NCBI GenBank assembly: GCA_001029775.1 | Contig: CP011215.1 | Coordinates: forward strand, 490,303 to 554,302 | DNA from: Candidatus Campbellbacteria bacterium GW2011_OD1_34_28 | GTDB lineage: Bacteria; Patescibacteriota; Minisyncoccia; Phycocordibacterales; UBA12079 | Direction of reading: 5' to 3' | Length of the DNA: 64,000 nt | Shown here: positions 43,597-53,810 of the stretch, in pieces | How positions within the stretch are numbered: the first letter of the stretch is position 1 | Layout: every line of letters starts with the position of its first letter | The notes under the pieces: generated by a model | Told to the model about the DNA's origin: nothing | What the model saw: the letters and a program-made list of their open reading frames with translations, nothing else | Database searches by the model: none | Made by a program: the position numbers and the translations under genes

Positions 43597-44328
43597 TTAA
43601 GATCTAAAGTCCAAAATAAAAGTTGATTGTATTATATAGTCTGAATTTTTTAACGTCTCTTTTGTTTTTTTTGCGTCGTTATCCTGAAGAGAATATTTTT
43701 CTATTAGTAATTCCGCCAAGCCATTAATTTTTCTACTTTGAATAATTTTATATTTAATATTTTCTTTTTTTAATATACCCTCAATTTCTGCTTCTGTACT
43801 AAAATAAAAATCTTTTCTTTCAAGAAGTTCCACTATTCCACTAAATAATTTATGAGAAGAAATTTGAAGTTCATCCGGATTTTTTTTATCCGCACCTTGA
43901 TGTTGAATAATTGCAATTCCTTTTGTTAGCCTCTTTATTTCAGAGATAATTTTAATTTGATCTTCTAACGAATTCCATGCCAAGACATATCTCGAAATGG
44001 TCATATCAAATTTTTTATTTTCTAATGGAATTTGTTTTGCATCACTTATAATTTTATAATCAGCAATGTTTTTGTCTAAGTCTAGGTTATCTAAGTCTAT
44101 TGCGGTAGTGTTAAAATCATATTCTGTCAAATTCAACATTAAATCTCGCAAAAGTTCTCCTTTGTGGCTTCCAATATCTAACAGCATATATTTCCCTTTT
44201 TTAAACTCATTTTTTATTATGTCAGAAAATAATTTTGAAGACTCTCCATAAATTAATTTTATGGTTTTATTGGTAGAAAATCCGTGAAATAACTTTTCAG
44301 AAAAAGCTCCTTGTATTTTTTGAAACAT
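43597..44328 (-). CDS. class I SAM-dependent methyltransferase
   Basis: motif I LLDIGSHKGELL. Confidence 0.55.
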   Translation of the reverse strand: MFQKIQGAFSEKLFHGFSTNKTIKLIYGESSKLFSDIIKNEFKKGKYMLLDIGSHKGELLRDLMLNLTEYDFNTTAIDLDNLDLDKNIADYKIISDAKQIPLENKKFDMTISRYVLAWNSLEDQIKIISEIKRLTKGIAIIQHQGADKKNPDELQISSHKLFSGIVELLERKDFYFSTEAEIEGILKKENIKYKIIQSRKINGLAELLIEKYSLQDNDAKKTKETLKNSDYIIQSTFILDFRS

Positions 44329-44339
44329 GATATGAGATT

Positions 44340-44565
44340 ATTTATAATCTAGAGGATTCTTATTTTGCTTGTTTAGGAATGCTTCGCATACTAAATCTGT
44401 GTGGACACAAATCACTAAATATTTTTTTCGCCCTTTGGGCTCAAAAATATCTAAGTGTTTGTCGTCCTCGGCTCGCGGTTTTTGTCTCTTTGTGAGAGAC
44501 AAAAACATTGCTCCGCCTTCACAAAGCTAAAAAAGCAAAGCAGTTTGCTTTTTCTTAACGCTTTG
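44340..44565 (-). repeat. tRNA 3'-flank structured repeat element (Glu-TTC copy)
   Basis: minus strand: GCAAACTGCTTTGC terminator, CTTTGTGAAGGCGGAGC core, hairpin GTTTTTGTCTCTC/GAGAGACAAAAAC, CGCGAGCCGAGGACGAC...ACTTAGATATTTTTG...AAAAATATTTAGT, terminal TTTGTGTCCACACAGA; close to the Glu-CTC copy. Confidence 0.6.
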
Positions 44566-44637
44566 TGACCCCACAGAGAATTGAACTCTGGTTAACAGAT
44601 TGAAAACCTGCTGTCCTAACCACTAGACGATGGGGCC
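44566..44637 (-). tRNA. tRNA-Glu (anticodon TTC)
   Basis: acceptor GGCCCCA/TGGGGTC, anticodon loop TTTTCAA, T-loop TTCAATT. Confidence 0.8.
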
Positions 44638-44724
44638 AACAATGAATTTCTAATAAGAAAATCACGTTCAAAATTATACCAACTTTTTTAAAAAATGCAA
44701 AAAAGTGTTAAACTATTTGCCGAT

Positions 44725-44811
44725 GGAAGTGTGGCTGAGTGGCTGAAGGCATCGCTTTCGAAAAGCGACATGCGGGAAACCGCATCAGGGGTTCGAATCC
44801 TCTCACTTCCG
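44725..44811 (+). tRNA. tRNA-Ser (anticodon CGA), class II
   Basis: acceptor GGAAGTG/CACTTCC, anticodon loop TTCGAAA, long variable arm, T-loop TTCGAAT. Confidence 0.85.
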
Positions 44812-44825
44812 CACAACTAAAACAA

Positions 44826-44856
44826 AAAAGTCCTCTCATTGCGAGAGGACTTTTTG
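44826..44856. terminator. bidirectional terminator; reverse-complement copy of the hairpin at 43546..43580
   Basis: AAAAGTCCTCTCATTGCGAGAGGACTTTTT. Confidence 0.7.
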
Positions 44857-44860
44857 TTTT

Positions 44861-45415
44861 TTAAATTGTTTTGTTTTTAAATTTAGAAACGTCTTGTTTT
44901 TCAATGAGTTCCATAAATTCTAGAATTTCACCTGTGTAAGAGGGAATAACTGAACCATTGTAATGATACAATTTTTCTTCTGTTGTTGTTCCTTCGTAAT
45001 AATGAGATGTATTTTTATTATTTCCTCCTAGGTTGTGAGCGATTGTTTCTATCGCTGTATCCCAAGATTCAAATTTTATTTTACATGATCCCCATCCAAA
45101 TGGGTTATAACCGCAAGCAAACTTTCCACCTGTGGATTCTTTGATAGCAATGGCTGGAACCAATCTCCAGTCAAGGTCATTTTTTTCTGCTTCGGTCACC
45201 ATTTTTTCACCGTAACCTTCCAAGGGCATACCTCGTTGGGCAAAATAAGCATCAATTTTTTCTGCACGCTCTATGTTGATTGATACAGAAGTCTCGACAG
45301 CTTTATCTTGCGATTTGCTCATTGTCTGTTGATAAAGAGCCATGAACGGGGAAACGATTGAGAAGATAGGAATAAATGTTAACCCTTGTGCATACCTAAT
45401 TATTTTATTTTCCAT
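44861..45415 (-). CDS. hypothetical secreted protein, possible GH73/FlgJ-like glucosaminidase
   Basis: N-terminal hydrophobic segment; AIAIKESTGGKFACGYNPFGW resembles a GH73 catalytic Glu region; weak. Confidence 0.3.
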   Translation of the reverse strand: MENKIIRYAQGLTFIPIFSIVSPFMALYQQTMSKSQDKAVETSVSINIERAEKIDAYFAQRGMPLEGYGEKMVTEAEKNDLDWRLVPAIAIKESTGGKFACGYNPFGWGSCKIKFESWDTAIETIAHNLGGNNKNTSHYYEGTTTEEKLYHYNGSVIPSYTGEILEFMELIEKQDVSKFKNKTI

Positions 45416-45748
45416 AATATAGCGGTTTCGCTCCGCAAACTCCTTAATGAAATATCAGGGCTTACTAAATAAAAGAAAAGTCCTATATAGGACCGCCAAG
45501 ATATTGCGTATATACTACTATGAACAATATAAAAAGTCAATGATTTTTGGCATTATTTTTGTATGAAATCATTAAAAAAACCAATAATATTAAGGCTTTT
45601 TTGGTATTATAAAAGAAGCTGATAGCGAAGACGAACCATCGTCGTCTTTGCGAACCGGAGGTGAAGCAATCCACTTTATTTCATGATTCAAAATAAATTA
45701 GGGTAAGTTTGTGGATATAAAAATTTAATCATTTGCTATAATTTATTT

Positions 45749-46207
45749 ATGAATAAAACACTTAAATTAATATCTGTGATTTTGATTTGTCACATGGCAG
45801 GTATTTTGGGAGCATTTTTTACGACACCACAAATAGATGGTTGGTACAGCATTCTGATAAAACCATCTTTTAACCCACCTAGTTGGATTTTTGGACCCGT
45901 ATGGCTGACTCTCTATACTTTGATGGGGATTTCTTTATTTTTAATTTGGCAAAATAAAGGAAACAAAAAAGCGGTAAATTGGTTTTATTTACAGCTTTTA
46001 TTAAATGCTAGCTGGTCCATTATTTTCTTCGGCGCTCATGAATTGTTTTTGGCTTTTATAATTATCTTGGCATTAATTCTTTCTGTTATAAAAACAATGT
46101 TGGAATTTTGGAAAATAAACAAAACATCTGTTTATTTACTTGTTCCATATTTATTGTGGATTTCTTTCGCAGGATTTTTGAACTACAGTATTTGGATACT
46201 CAACTAG
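45749..46207 (+). CDS. tspO: TspO/MBR family tryptophan-rich membrane protein
   Basis: five TM helices; Trp-rich motifs GWYSILIKPSFNPPSWIFGPVWLTLY. Confidence 0.75.
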   Translation: MNKTLKLISVILICHMAGILGAFFTTPQIDGWYSILIKPSFNPPSWIFGPVWLTLYTLMGISLFLIWQNKGNKKAVNWFYLQLLLNASWSIIFFGAHELFLAFIIILALILSVIKTMLEFWKINKTSVYLLVPYLLWISFAGFLNYSIWILN

Positions 46208-46217
46208 AAAAATGAAA

Positions 46218-46238
46218 AGCTGCTAGCTTGTAGCCAAT
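46218..46238 (+). promoter_or_regulatory. AGCTNNT heptamer triplet
   Basis: AGCTGCT AGCTTGT AGCCAAT directly preceding the 44-nt repeat. Confidence 0.3.
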
Positions 46239-46282
46239 ACCTGCCTGCCGTGTCGTTGCTTTTCTTTCAGAAAAGAGGCAGG
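46239..46282. repeat. 44-nt exact repeat, copy 2
   Basis: identical to 3675..3718. Confidence 0.8.
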
Positions 46283-46534
46283 GTTGATAGTGGTAATCAA
46301 AATGAGTTTACAGTTTACAGCAAAGACGGAAGAATTTTGGCAAAGCCAAAATTCTTCCGCACTTGCTACTTGATACTAGCTACTTTATACTTGGTTCAGT
46401 GTATTGGGCAAAAGTGTGCTGTTACCATCACGGCCAAAACTCTCCAGCGCGCATCTCTTTTATTTGCCTTTTTACACAAAACCCGCCATTCGGCGGGTTT
46501 TTTTACTTGCTACTTATTACTCAGCACTTTTTAC

Positions 46535-47461
46535 TTATTTTGTTCTTATATAAATATAAATATCTTCCAAAGCTTTTATAGCATCTCCCGAAGCAATATT
46601 GTTTTGATGATATAAACCGTCGGTACAATCTCCAGCTGCCCAAACACCCTCTGCAGAGGTTCTTTGTGTTTGATGATCAACAACGATAGATTTGTAGTCG
46701 TTCAGTTTGACCAATTCAGAAACAAATCCTGTTGTTGGTTCTGCACCAATTTCTACAAAGATTCCATTTGTAGAAACTTCTTTTTCTTCGCCTGTGTGAA
46801 TATCAATATATCTCAAACCAGTGACAAATTTTTCTCCTAATATTTCTTTTGTCTCGGCATTTGATATCAGTTTGAAATTTGGATGTGAGGAAACTTTTTT
46901 GACGGTTATTTCATCTGCTTTAAATTTTCCATTTTTGTGTAGCAGAGTGACGCTCTTGGCATATGCTAAAAGTTGGGAAGCGGTTTCAAATCCTGCATTA
47001 CCGCCACCAATAACCATTACATCTCTTCCTGTGTATAGAGGGCCATCACAGGTAGCACAGTAAGTAATTCCGCGATGTTCCAAGACATCAGCATTTTTTG
47101 CTTGTAATCTTCTTCGGTGACTTCCTGTTGTTACCAAGACTGTCTTTGCTTTGTATAAATTATTTTTTGTTTTTATTTCAAAGCCATCAACTTTATTTCC
47201 ACTTATCAGCTCTACTTTTTCACCTTCTTTAATATCAACAATATCGCCAGCATATTCTTTTAAGTGACTTTCCAGATTTTTTGATAGCTCTTGTCCCGAA
47301 ATAGATTTTGTTCCAACCCAGTTTTGAATATCATCGGACACAATACTTTGTCCGCCAAAAGAGTCTGCAATTAAAACAGTTTTTAATTTTTTTCTTGCAG
47401 CGTATATTCCTGCGCTGATTCCTGCGGGACCTCCGCCAATGATTGCCAGTTCGTATATCAT
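46535..47461 (-). CDS. trxB: thioredoxin reductase
   Basis: FAD motif IIGGGPAGISAGIYAAR; redox CATCDG; NADPH motif VIGGGNAGFE. Confidence 0.85.
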   Translation of the reverse strand: MIYELAIIGGGPAGISAGIYAARKKLKTVLIADSFGGQSIVSDDIQNWVGTKSISGQELSKNLESHLKEYAGDIVDIKEGEKVELISGNKVDGFEIKTKNNLYKAKTVLVTTGSHRRRLQAKNADVLEHRGITYCATCDGPLYTGRDVMVIGGGNAGFETASQLLAYAKSVTLLHKNGKFKADEITVKKVSSHPNFKLISNAETKEILGEKFVTGLRYIDIHTGEEKEVSTNGIFVEIGAEPTTGFVSELVKLNDYKSIVVDHQTQRTSAEGVWAAGDCTDGLYHQNNIASGDAIKALEDIYIYIRTK

Positions 47462-47630
47462 AGTTTTTAGTCGTTAGTTTTTAGTTTATAGATAATTTCA
47501 AATTTTAACAGTTTTTGTTTAATAAGTAAAAATTTATGTAGTTTGAAAAAGCAAAGAAAAAACCCGTATTAATAATTACGGATTTTTTCTTTAAATTGGC
47601 GATGAAATGTGCCAAATTTGGGTTAATTTT

Positions 47631-48827
47631 TTATTTATTTCTTCTTAAAAATGAAGGTATAGCATCCCAAGTATCTTCTTCCTCCTCTTGTGCTGGCGGT
47701 TGCTGTGTAGGAGTTGGGTTGATTGGTTTTTGTGGAGTTTTAATTTCTTCTTTCTTTGTTCCTATTGTGTTGTGAATTTTATTTTTTTTATCGTCTATAA
47801 TAACTTTTCCAATAGGGGATAATCCAAACCCTGTTGCAATAACAGTAATTTTTATTTCGTTCTTTTTCAATTTGTCGTCTTTGATTGTTCCAAATTTTAC
47901 CTTTGCATCTGGATCAATTGATTCTGTAATAATATTTGCTGCTGTTTGGATTTCGTCCATTCTCAAATCGTCACCACCTGCAATTGTAAACAAAACTCCT
48001 TTTGCTCCGTGAATTGAAACATCCAATAGGGGAGAGCTGATTGCTTTTTTAGCGGCTTCTTCGGCTCTTTTTTCTCCAGTTGCTTTTCCTACTCCCATAA
48101 GAGCAGAACCAGAGTTTTCCATGATGGCGCTGATGTCTGCAAAGTCCACGTTGATTCTTCCAGGGGATGTAATAAGGTCTGAAATGCCCTCTACGGCCTC
48201 TCTTAATACCTCATCGCTCATAGCAAAGGCACTATCCACTGTCATTCCTTTTGGAGCAATACTCAAGATGCGATCGTTAGGGATAATAATCACAGCATCT
48301 ACCGCTCTCTGTAAATCGTTTAATCCGGCTTCTGCCAATTTCATTCTTTGATTTCCTTCAAAAGAAAATGGTTTTGTTACAACAGCAACTGTTAGGATGC
48401 CAAGTTCTTTTGCCATCTTTGCAATCACAGGGCTAGCACCTGTTCCTGTTCCTCCCCCCAATCCTCCGGTGATAAAGACCATGTCAGATCCTTTCAAAGT
48501 TTCTTGAATTTCTTCACGAGTTTCTTCTGCCGCTCTTTGTCCCAAGTCTGCGTTCATTCCTGTACCAAGTCCACGAGTTAGATTTTTTCCGATATGAATT
48601 TTTTTGTTTGCAAGAGAGTGATGCAAATCTTGTGCATCTGTATTCATAACAATAAATTCAACTCTGTCTACTTTAGACTTGATCATATAGTTGGTTGCGT
48701 TTTTTCCAGAGCCTCCTACTCCAATCACTTTTATTCTGGCGAATGCTTCAACCTCGGGGTTTATTTTCGGCATATTAGTATAAAAATTATTTGTTAAATT
48801 AAAATAAAATACAGAGCGCTTTTTCAA
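47631..48827 (-). CDS. ftsZ: cell division protein FtsZ
   Basis: tubulin signature GGGTGTG; T7 loop. Confidence 0.9.
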   Translation of the reverse strand: MKKRSVFYFNLTNNFYTNMPKINPEVEAFARIKVIGVGGSGKNATNYMIKSKVDRVEFIVMNTDAQDLHHSLANKKIHIGKNLTRGLGTGMNADLGQRAAEETREEIQETLKGSDMVFITGGLGGGTGTGASPVIAKMAKELGILTVAVVTKPFSFEGNQRMKLAEAGLNDLQRAVDAVIIIPNDRILSIAPKGMTVDSAFAMSDEVLREAVEGISDLITSPGRINVDFADISAIMENSGSALMGVGKATGEKRAEEAAKKAISSPLLDVSIHGAKGVLFTIAGGDDLRMDEIQTAANIITESIDPDAKVKFGTIKDDKLKKNEIKITVIATGFGLSPIGKVIIDDKKNKIHNTIGTKKEEIKTPQKPINPTPTQQPPAQEEEEDTWDAIPSFLRRNK

Positions 48828-48996
48828 GTCCGCACCGGTCTTTTAAACCATTTTTAAAAGTCATTACTATAATACCAAAAAGAAAAGCAAAATCAAAATT
48901 GATTAAAAGAGGCCTTTTTTGAATTTTATCCGAGATCCGACCTCGGGTAAATAAAAATCCCCCAGGCCGAAGCTTGGGGGTTGAAAGGGTTATATG

Positions 48997-49200
48997 TTAG
49001 AGAATCACCTGAATTCCCTTTGCCTCTAATTCTCTCCGAATTTTGAGAGGATCAGAGGTCTCTCCCACAACAACAAGAGGGTTGTTGGGGTGAGTGATGT
49101 TCCAGCCACGCTTGTCGTCCCTACGGACAACAGCGACTTCTTTCAGGTCGTACTTACGACCGTTCTCTGTTTGGAAAGTCATTTTTTTATCCTCTTTCAA
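48997..49200 (-). CDS. small hypothetical protein between ftsA and ftsZ (GC-rich outlier)
   Basis: 67-aa ORF with GC-rich third codon positions; own terminator hairpins at 48900..48990. Confidence 0.4.
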   Translation of the reverse strand: MKEDKKMTFQTENGRKYDLKEVAVVRRDDKRGWNITHPNNPLVVVGETSDPLKIRRELEAKGIQVIL

Positions 49201-49427
49201 TTTTTTTTAGGTTGTCCTCCCTATAGACAACCTTATTCTTATATTATTATATAACTATATAATACAAGTGTCAATAGAGTAAAAACCTTTTAAAAACAAG
49301 CTAAAATAGGGAAGTGAGATACAATAAGATTATATGTTGTTTGTGTCAATATAGCGTAATAATTCAAAACAAAAAACGGAAAATTTTGTTTCAACAAAAT
49401 TTTCCGTTTTTAATATTTAAATTGCAA

Positions 49428-50594
49428 TTATATTGAAAACATTCGAAGCCATCCAAACAATTTTTCTTTGATATTCTTGAATCCACGAGAGATTCCGCCT
49501 TCATCTTTTGAATTTAATCCCAAGACACACAATCCATAGGCGACAGTCCAAGTAGAGTCTTTTATTTTTGCATTTGTATTAGTAATTAGGTTAATAGAAG
49601 CAACTTTTGAAGGCAATTTCAAATATGCTTTTGCGATGTCTTCTATTGTGGTAATACCGGATCCACCCCCTGTCAAAATAATTCCCCCTGGTAACAGTCC
49701 ATTTCTACCGATTTTTTTAAGGTGTGCCTCGATTAGCTGGAAAATACCTGCCAATCTTGAAAAAATAATATCGTCTAATTTCTTTTTTGGGTAAGATGTA
49801 TTGCTGATTACTCCTGTTTTTATTTTTTCCGCTTCCTCCAAAGAAATCTTTAGACCCAAAGCAATGTCGTTTGTTATATTAGTTGATCCAATAGGGAATA
49901 TTTCTAAGGAAATAGGAGTGTTGTTTTCGTAAACTATTATTGAGACAGTTTCTGATCCTAAATTTGCCAAAACACAGCCCGGCATCTTTTGAGATTTTGT
50001 TAGGGTTACGATTCCTGCTGCTATCGGAGCAGCAACAATGTCTTCTACTTCAATACCAATTTCTTCAACCGCATTTATCAAATCTTCCAAATGTTGTTTT
50101 AGATATGTAATAAATAAAACTTCTATTTCCATTTTTTTCCCCTTTATTCCCTGTGGTCTGCCGAATACTTTTTGTCCATCTATTTTATATGAAAGGGGAA
50201 CACGATGAATAATTCTTTTGTTTAAAAGCTGAACATTGTTTTCTGCTGAACGGATTGCTTTTTGTATATCAAGTTCTGTTATTTCATAATCTCCTTTTGT
50301 TGAGATAGTAGAACCGACGGTAGTGATCCCTTCTAGAGAAACTCCTCCTATCGATAGGTATGCTTTTTTAATTTTTATACCCGAAGATCTTTCTGCTTGT
50401 TTAACCGCTCTTTCTAGACTTTTTGATACATCACTTTGATTTATGATATAGCCGTGACGAAGACCTTTTGATTCAGAAGAACCTCTCCCAATAATCCTTG
50501 GAATGTCTTTTGATTTCTCTTTTATCAATTCAGCAACAACCACCTTTATTTGGTGTGTTCCGATGTCTATTCCCACTGAATTTTTTTTAGACAC
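49428..50594 (-). CDS. ftsA: cell division protein FtsA
   Basis: actin-like ATPase VGIDIGTHQIKVVVAE; C-terminal amphipathic helix. Confidence 0.85.
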   Translation of the reverse strand: MSKKNSVGIDIGTHQIKVVVAELIKEKSKDIPRIIGRGSSESKGLRHGYIINQSDVSKSLERAVKQAERSSGIKIKKAYLSIGGVSLEGITTVGSTISTKGDYEITELDIQKAIRSAENNVQLLNKRIIHRVPLSYKIDGQKVFGRPQGIKGKKMEIEVLFITYLKQHLEDLINAVEEIGIEVEDIVAAPIAAGIVTLTKSQKMPGCVLANLGSETVSIIVYENNTPISLEIFPIGSTNITNDIALGLKISLEEAEKIKTGVISNTSYPKKKLDDIIFSRLAGIFQLIEAHLKKIGRNGLLPGGIILTGGGSGITTIEDIAKAYLKLPSKVASINLITNTNAKIKDSTWTVAYGLCVLGLNSKDEGGISRGFKNIKEKLFGWLRMFSI

Positions 50595-50649
50595 TTTTAA
50601 AAATCAATAATTAATAATTATTAAATCAGAAAATTATTTTTTGCAGAAA

Positions 50650-51042
50650 TTAAAGATTAAAAAATTTTCTAATTTTATCTTCTTGTTCCTCCATTCTACT
50701 ACTATGTTCAAAACCTTTCAAATGGATAAGTCCGTGTATAAATAGGAATCCTATAAAATCGGAAAATTCTCTCTCGTATTTTTTTGCTTGTTTTTCGGCT
50801 AGTTTATAATTTATAAAAATTTCTCCAGAATCTTCTGAAAGTGGAAAACTTAGAATATTTGTCGGGCTGTTTTTTCCTCGGTATTGTGTATTTAGTCTTT
50901 TTGATAATTTATCTCCAATAAACACCAAACTTAATTCATATTTTTTACCTAATGCCTTATTTTTGATATTTTCAAAAGGCAAGCTGGGAAGCTTGCCTTT
51001 TGTTTGGTTTTTTATATTGATTGTTTCTTCTGATTTTTTCAA
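50650..51042 (-). CDS. ybeY: rRNA maturation endoribonuclease YbeY
   Basis: HGLIHLKGFEH zinc-binding H-x3-H-x5-H. Confidence 0.8.
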   Translation of the reverse strand: MKKSEETINIKNQTKGKLPSLPFENIKNKALGKKYELSLVFIGDKLSKRLNTQYRGKNSPTNILSFPLSEDSGEIFINYKLAEKQAKKYEREFSDFIGFLFIHGLIHLKGFEHSSRMEEQEDKIRKFFNL

Positions 51043-51046
51043 AGTC

Positions 51047-51277
51047 TTACTTCTTTGCGGGAGCTTTTCCCATCTTAATCATTTGATCAATTTCAGCTTT
51101 TCTTGTTATTGATTTAAGAGTTCTCTTTTTTCTTGTGTATTTTGATTCATCTCTTTGGTGGTATCTGATAGAACGCACTCTAGCGATGATTCCCGAGCTC
51201 TTTACTTTCTTGCTGAATCTTCTAATCAAACCAAGGTTATTTTCGTTATTATTCTTTGTTAACTCAATGTTTATCAT
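51047..51277 (-). CDS. rpsU: probable 30S ribosomal protein S21
   Basis: LIRRFSKKVKSSGIIARVRSIRYHQ matches the bS21 RRF.K..G....R..Y pattern; start taken at internal Met. Confidence 0.45.
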   Translation of the reverse strand: MINIELTKNNNENNLGLIRRFSKKVKSSGIIARVRSIRYHQRDESKYTRKKRTLKSITRKAEIDQMIKMGKAPAKK

Positions 51278-51498
51278 GGCTGTTAGAATAACATAATTTA
51301 TTTTTTTATGCAAAGAAAAAACGCCTTCCCGGGGGAAGGCGTTGAAAGAAGGTTGTAATCGTTGGAAGTTTTCCTGATTATTTGTTTGGGAGGGAAGCCC
51401 AAACCCAATCGATTACATTAATAGTATACATTTAAATTTATCATTGTCAATCCCACACTTTTTGTTTTTGTAGAAACAATCCGCCTGTCTTTAATGGT

Positions 51499-52656
51499 TT
51501 AAACAAACTTTATTTTTTTCAAATATTGAGGAAGTTTGTTTATTTTTACAATTTCATAAGAAACATTATGTGTATTTTTGAAAATAACTTCGTCTTCAAG
51601 CGCTTCTTTTTGGCCGATTATTATCATATAAGGAACGCGTGTTTTTTTTGCGCTGATAAACTGATCGCTTAGCTTGTTTTTATATAGTTTTTGATGAACT
51701 GTGATTTTTTGTCTTCTCAAGATATCAATTACCTCAAAACTTTTTAGTTTTGCTTTGAATCCAAATTGAATCAAAAATATTTGAGGGGTGTTTATTTTGT
51801 TTGAGTAAGCAGGAGTAAATCCATTTTTCTTGTAAATCATAGAAAGACCAACTGCGGGTAGATTTCTTTTTCCGATGATTTTGTTTACTACATCATCATA
51901 TCTTCCTCCTCTTGCCAAGATTAATTCTGTAGAGTCTTCTCCTAATGTTTTAATTTCAAAGACTGTTTTTGAATAATGGTTGTCTTCTACAACAAGGTCA
52001 CTGTTGATTCGGTAGGGAAGACGCATGTCTTCTAGATATTCCAAAACCTCTTTAAAGTGTTGGCGGCTTTTTTCTGTTAAGTAGTTTATTGGTCGCGGAG
52101 CATTTTCTATCAATTCTCTGCAGTTTTCGTTTTCACAAGAGGTTGCTAAGAAATTTTTCTTATCAATTTTATATTTACAACTACAATTGAAAGAACCAGA
52201 ATGTTTTTTATAATAATTACCTACTTCCTCTATAAATTTGTTTAGAGAGTCTTTATCACCTGTACAATTTATATCTATAAAAAAATTTTTATAACCTTCT
52301 TCACTTAGAATTTTTGAAGCCGTATTTATAAGCATTGCTTCGGCGATACTATTTTGAACTCCGATAATATCAAGGCTTAAGACTTTGTGAGTTTTTAAAT
52401 TAGGAATTTGTTTTTTGTTTATCAAAATAGGACGATCAAAATAAAGCATTAGTGGTTGTGAGTTTGCACCTTTTCCACTCATTTTTCCATATGTTTTTAA
52501 TACATGGTGTTTTTCTTCAGGGTGAAGAGGAGTATTTTTGTTTGTGTAGGCGGTTGGGATTTCTTCAAATCTAAAACCATGGTGAAGTGCTATTTCGTCA
52601 GCTTTGTCTAATCTTTTTTTGAGGATTTTAATGTCCATATTTTTGTTAAAAAACAA
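51499..52656 (-). CDS. hisS: histidyl-tRNA synthetase (atypical N-terminus, Cys-rich insertion)
   Basis: LSLDIIGVQNSIAEAMLI, motif 3 GGRYDDVV, C-terminal anticodon-binding domain. Confidence 0.65.
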   Translation of the reverse strand: MFFNKNMDIKILKKRLDKADEIALHHGFRFEEIPTAYTNKNTPLHPEEKHHVLKTYGKMSGKGANSQPLMLYFDRPILINKKQIPNLKTHKVLSLDIIGVQNSIAEAMLINTASKILSEEGYKNFFIDINCTGDKDSLNKFIEEVGNYYKKHSGSFNCSCKYKIDKKNFLATSCENENCRELIENAPRPINYLTEKSRQHFKEVLEYLEDMRLPYRINSDLVVEDNHYSKTVFEIKTLGEDSTELILARGGRYDDVVNKIIGKRNLPAVGLSMIYKKNGFTPAYSNKINTPQIFLIQFGFKAKLKSFEVIDILRRQKITVHQKLYKNKLSDQFISAKKTRVPYMIIIGQKEALEDEVIFKNTHNVSYEIVKINKLPQYLKKIKFV

Positions 52657-52682
52657 TTTATTAATGATATTTAATTTGATGA

Positions 52683-53231
52683 TTAATAATCAAAATTTCC
52701 TGGCAATACATCTATCTTATTAATTGGCAGAAGTCTTAAGAAGGCTTTTCCTACTATCATATCTTTGGGCAATGCCCCCCAAAATCTTGAGTCCGAGCTA
52801 TTTCCTCGGTTGTCTCCCATAACAAAATATTCATTTTCTCCTAATTCAACCCGCGTGTTTTCCAGAGATCCTTTTTCAACATAATTTTCTTTTAGATTTA
52901 AACCTTCTGGTTTGTTGATATTGTAGATTGTTACCTTTCCGTTCTTAATTTCTACTGTTTCGTTTGGTAATCCGATAATTCTTTTTATAAAGAAACGACT
53001 TGGATCTTTGGGATATTTGAAAATTATTACTTCGCCTCTTTGAGGGTCTTCTATTCGGTAAGAAATTTCATCAACAATGAGATAGTGACCTGTTTCAAAT
53101 GTCGGACTCATCGATGCGCCATCAACAATAAATGGTTTTGCGACGTACATTCTGAAAGGAAGCACAATAAGTAAAGTAAGTAGTGAGAACTTTAAAACTT
53201 CTACAAAAAAGTTTTCTTTAGAATTATTCAT
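52683..53231 (-). CDS. lepB: signal peptidase I
   Basis: S26 catalytic Ser motif VDGASMSPT and Lys box GDNRGNSSDSR. Confidence 0.8.
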   Translation of the reverse strand: MNNSKENFFVEVLKFSLLTLLIVLPFRMYVAKPFIVDGASMSPTFETGHYLIVDEISYRIEDPQRGEVIIFKYPKDPSRFFIKRIIGLPNETVEIKNGKVTIYNINKPEGLNLKENYVEKGSLENTRVELGENEYFVMGDNRGNSSDSRFWGALPKDMIVGKAFLRLLPINKIDVLPGNFDY

Positions 53232-53385
53232 TGCAGATATCTTATCACAAACAAAAATTCAAATGCAAAGAAAAATTTATCGGAAAATTTTTTATTTCTC
53301 TCGTCAATAGGATTTTTTCTGGTGTTTTAAAAAATTTATGTGTTATAATTTATCGGAATTAATTATAAATTTAAAATTTTTTTAT

Positions 53386-53622
53386 ATGAACAAAGTAACA
53401 ATTTATACAACACCGACTTGTACTTATTGTTTGATGGCAAAAGATTTTTTTCAAAGCAACGATGTTGACTATGAAGAAGTTGATGTTGCTGGCAATCAAG
53501 AAAAAATACAAGAGCTGTTGGAGTTGACCGATGGTCAAATGGGAGTGCCTGTTATCGTAATTGATGGGGAAGTAGTCTTTGGTTTTGACAAAAGCAGAAT
53601 CGAAGAGCTTTTGGGAATTTAA
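53386..53622 (+). CDS. glutaredoxin/NrdH-like redoxin
   Basis: VTIYTTPTCTYC (CxxC) and GVPVIVIDGE. Confidence 0.7.
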   Translation: MNKVTIYTTPTCTYCLMAKDFFQSNDVDYEEVDVAGNQEKIQELLELTDGQMGVPVIVIDGEVVFGFDKSRIEELLGI

Positions 53623-53647
53623 AAACAACAATAAAATTTTAAATAAA

Positions 53648-53683
53648 AAACCCCGTATAAATTTTATTTACGGGTTTTTTTAT
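53648..53683 (+). terminator. intrinsic terminator
   Basis: AAAAAACCCCGTATAAATTTTATTTACGGGTTTTTTT. Confidence 0.75.
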
Positions 53684-53738
53684 TTATTAAACATTAAATT
53701 GAATAAAAAACATTATAATGATATCTTAGAGAATAAAT

Positions 53739-53810
53739 GCTCTCATAGTTAAATGGATATAACGACTCCGTCCTAAGGAGTAATTCTAGGTTCGATTCCT
53801 GGTGAGAGCA
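53739..53810 (+). tRNA. tRNA-Arg (anticodon CCT)
   Basis: acceptor GCTCTCA/TGAGAGC, anticodon loop GTCCTAA, T-loop TTCGATT. Confidence 0.85.

Noticed and set aside
46250-46615. ORFs 46250..46615 and 46363..46581 (+) as CDS
   Set aside because: They span the 44-nt repeat, two terminators and the 3' end of trxB on the opposite strand. No RBS and no coherent domain.
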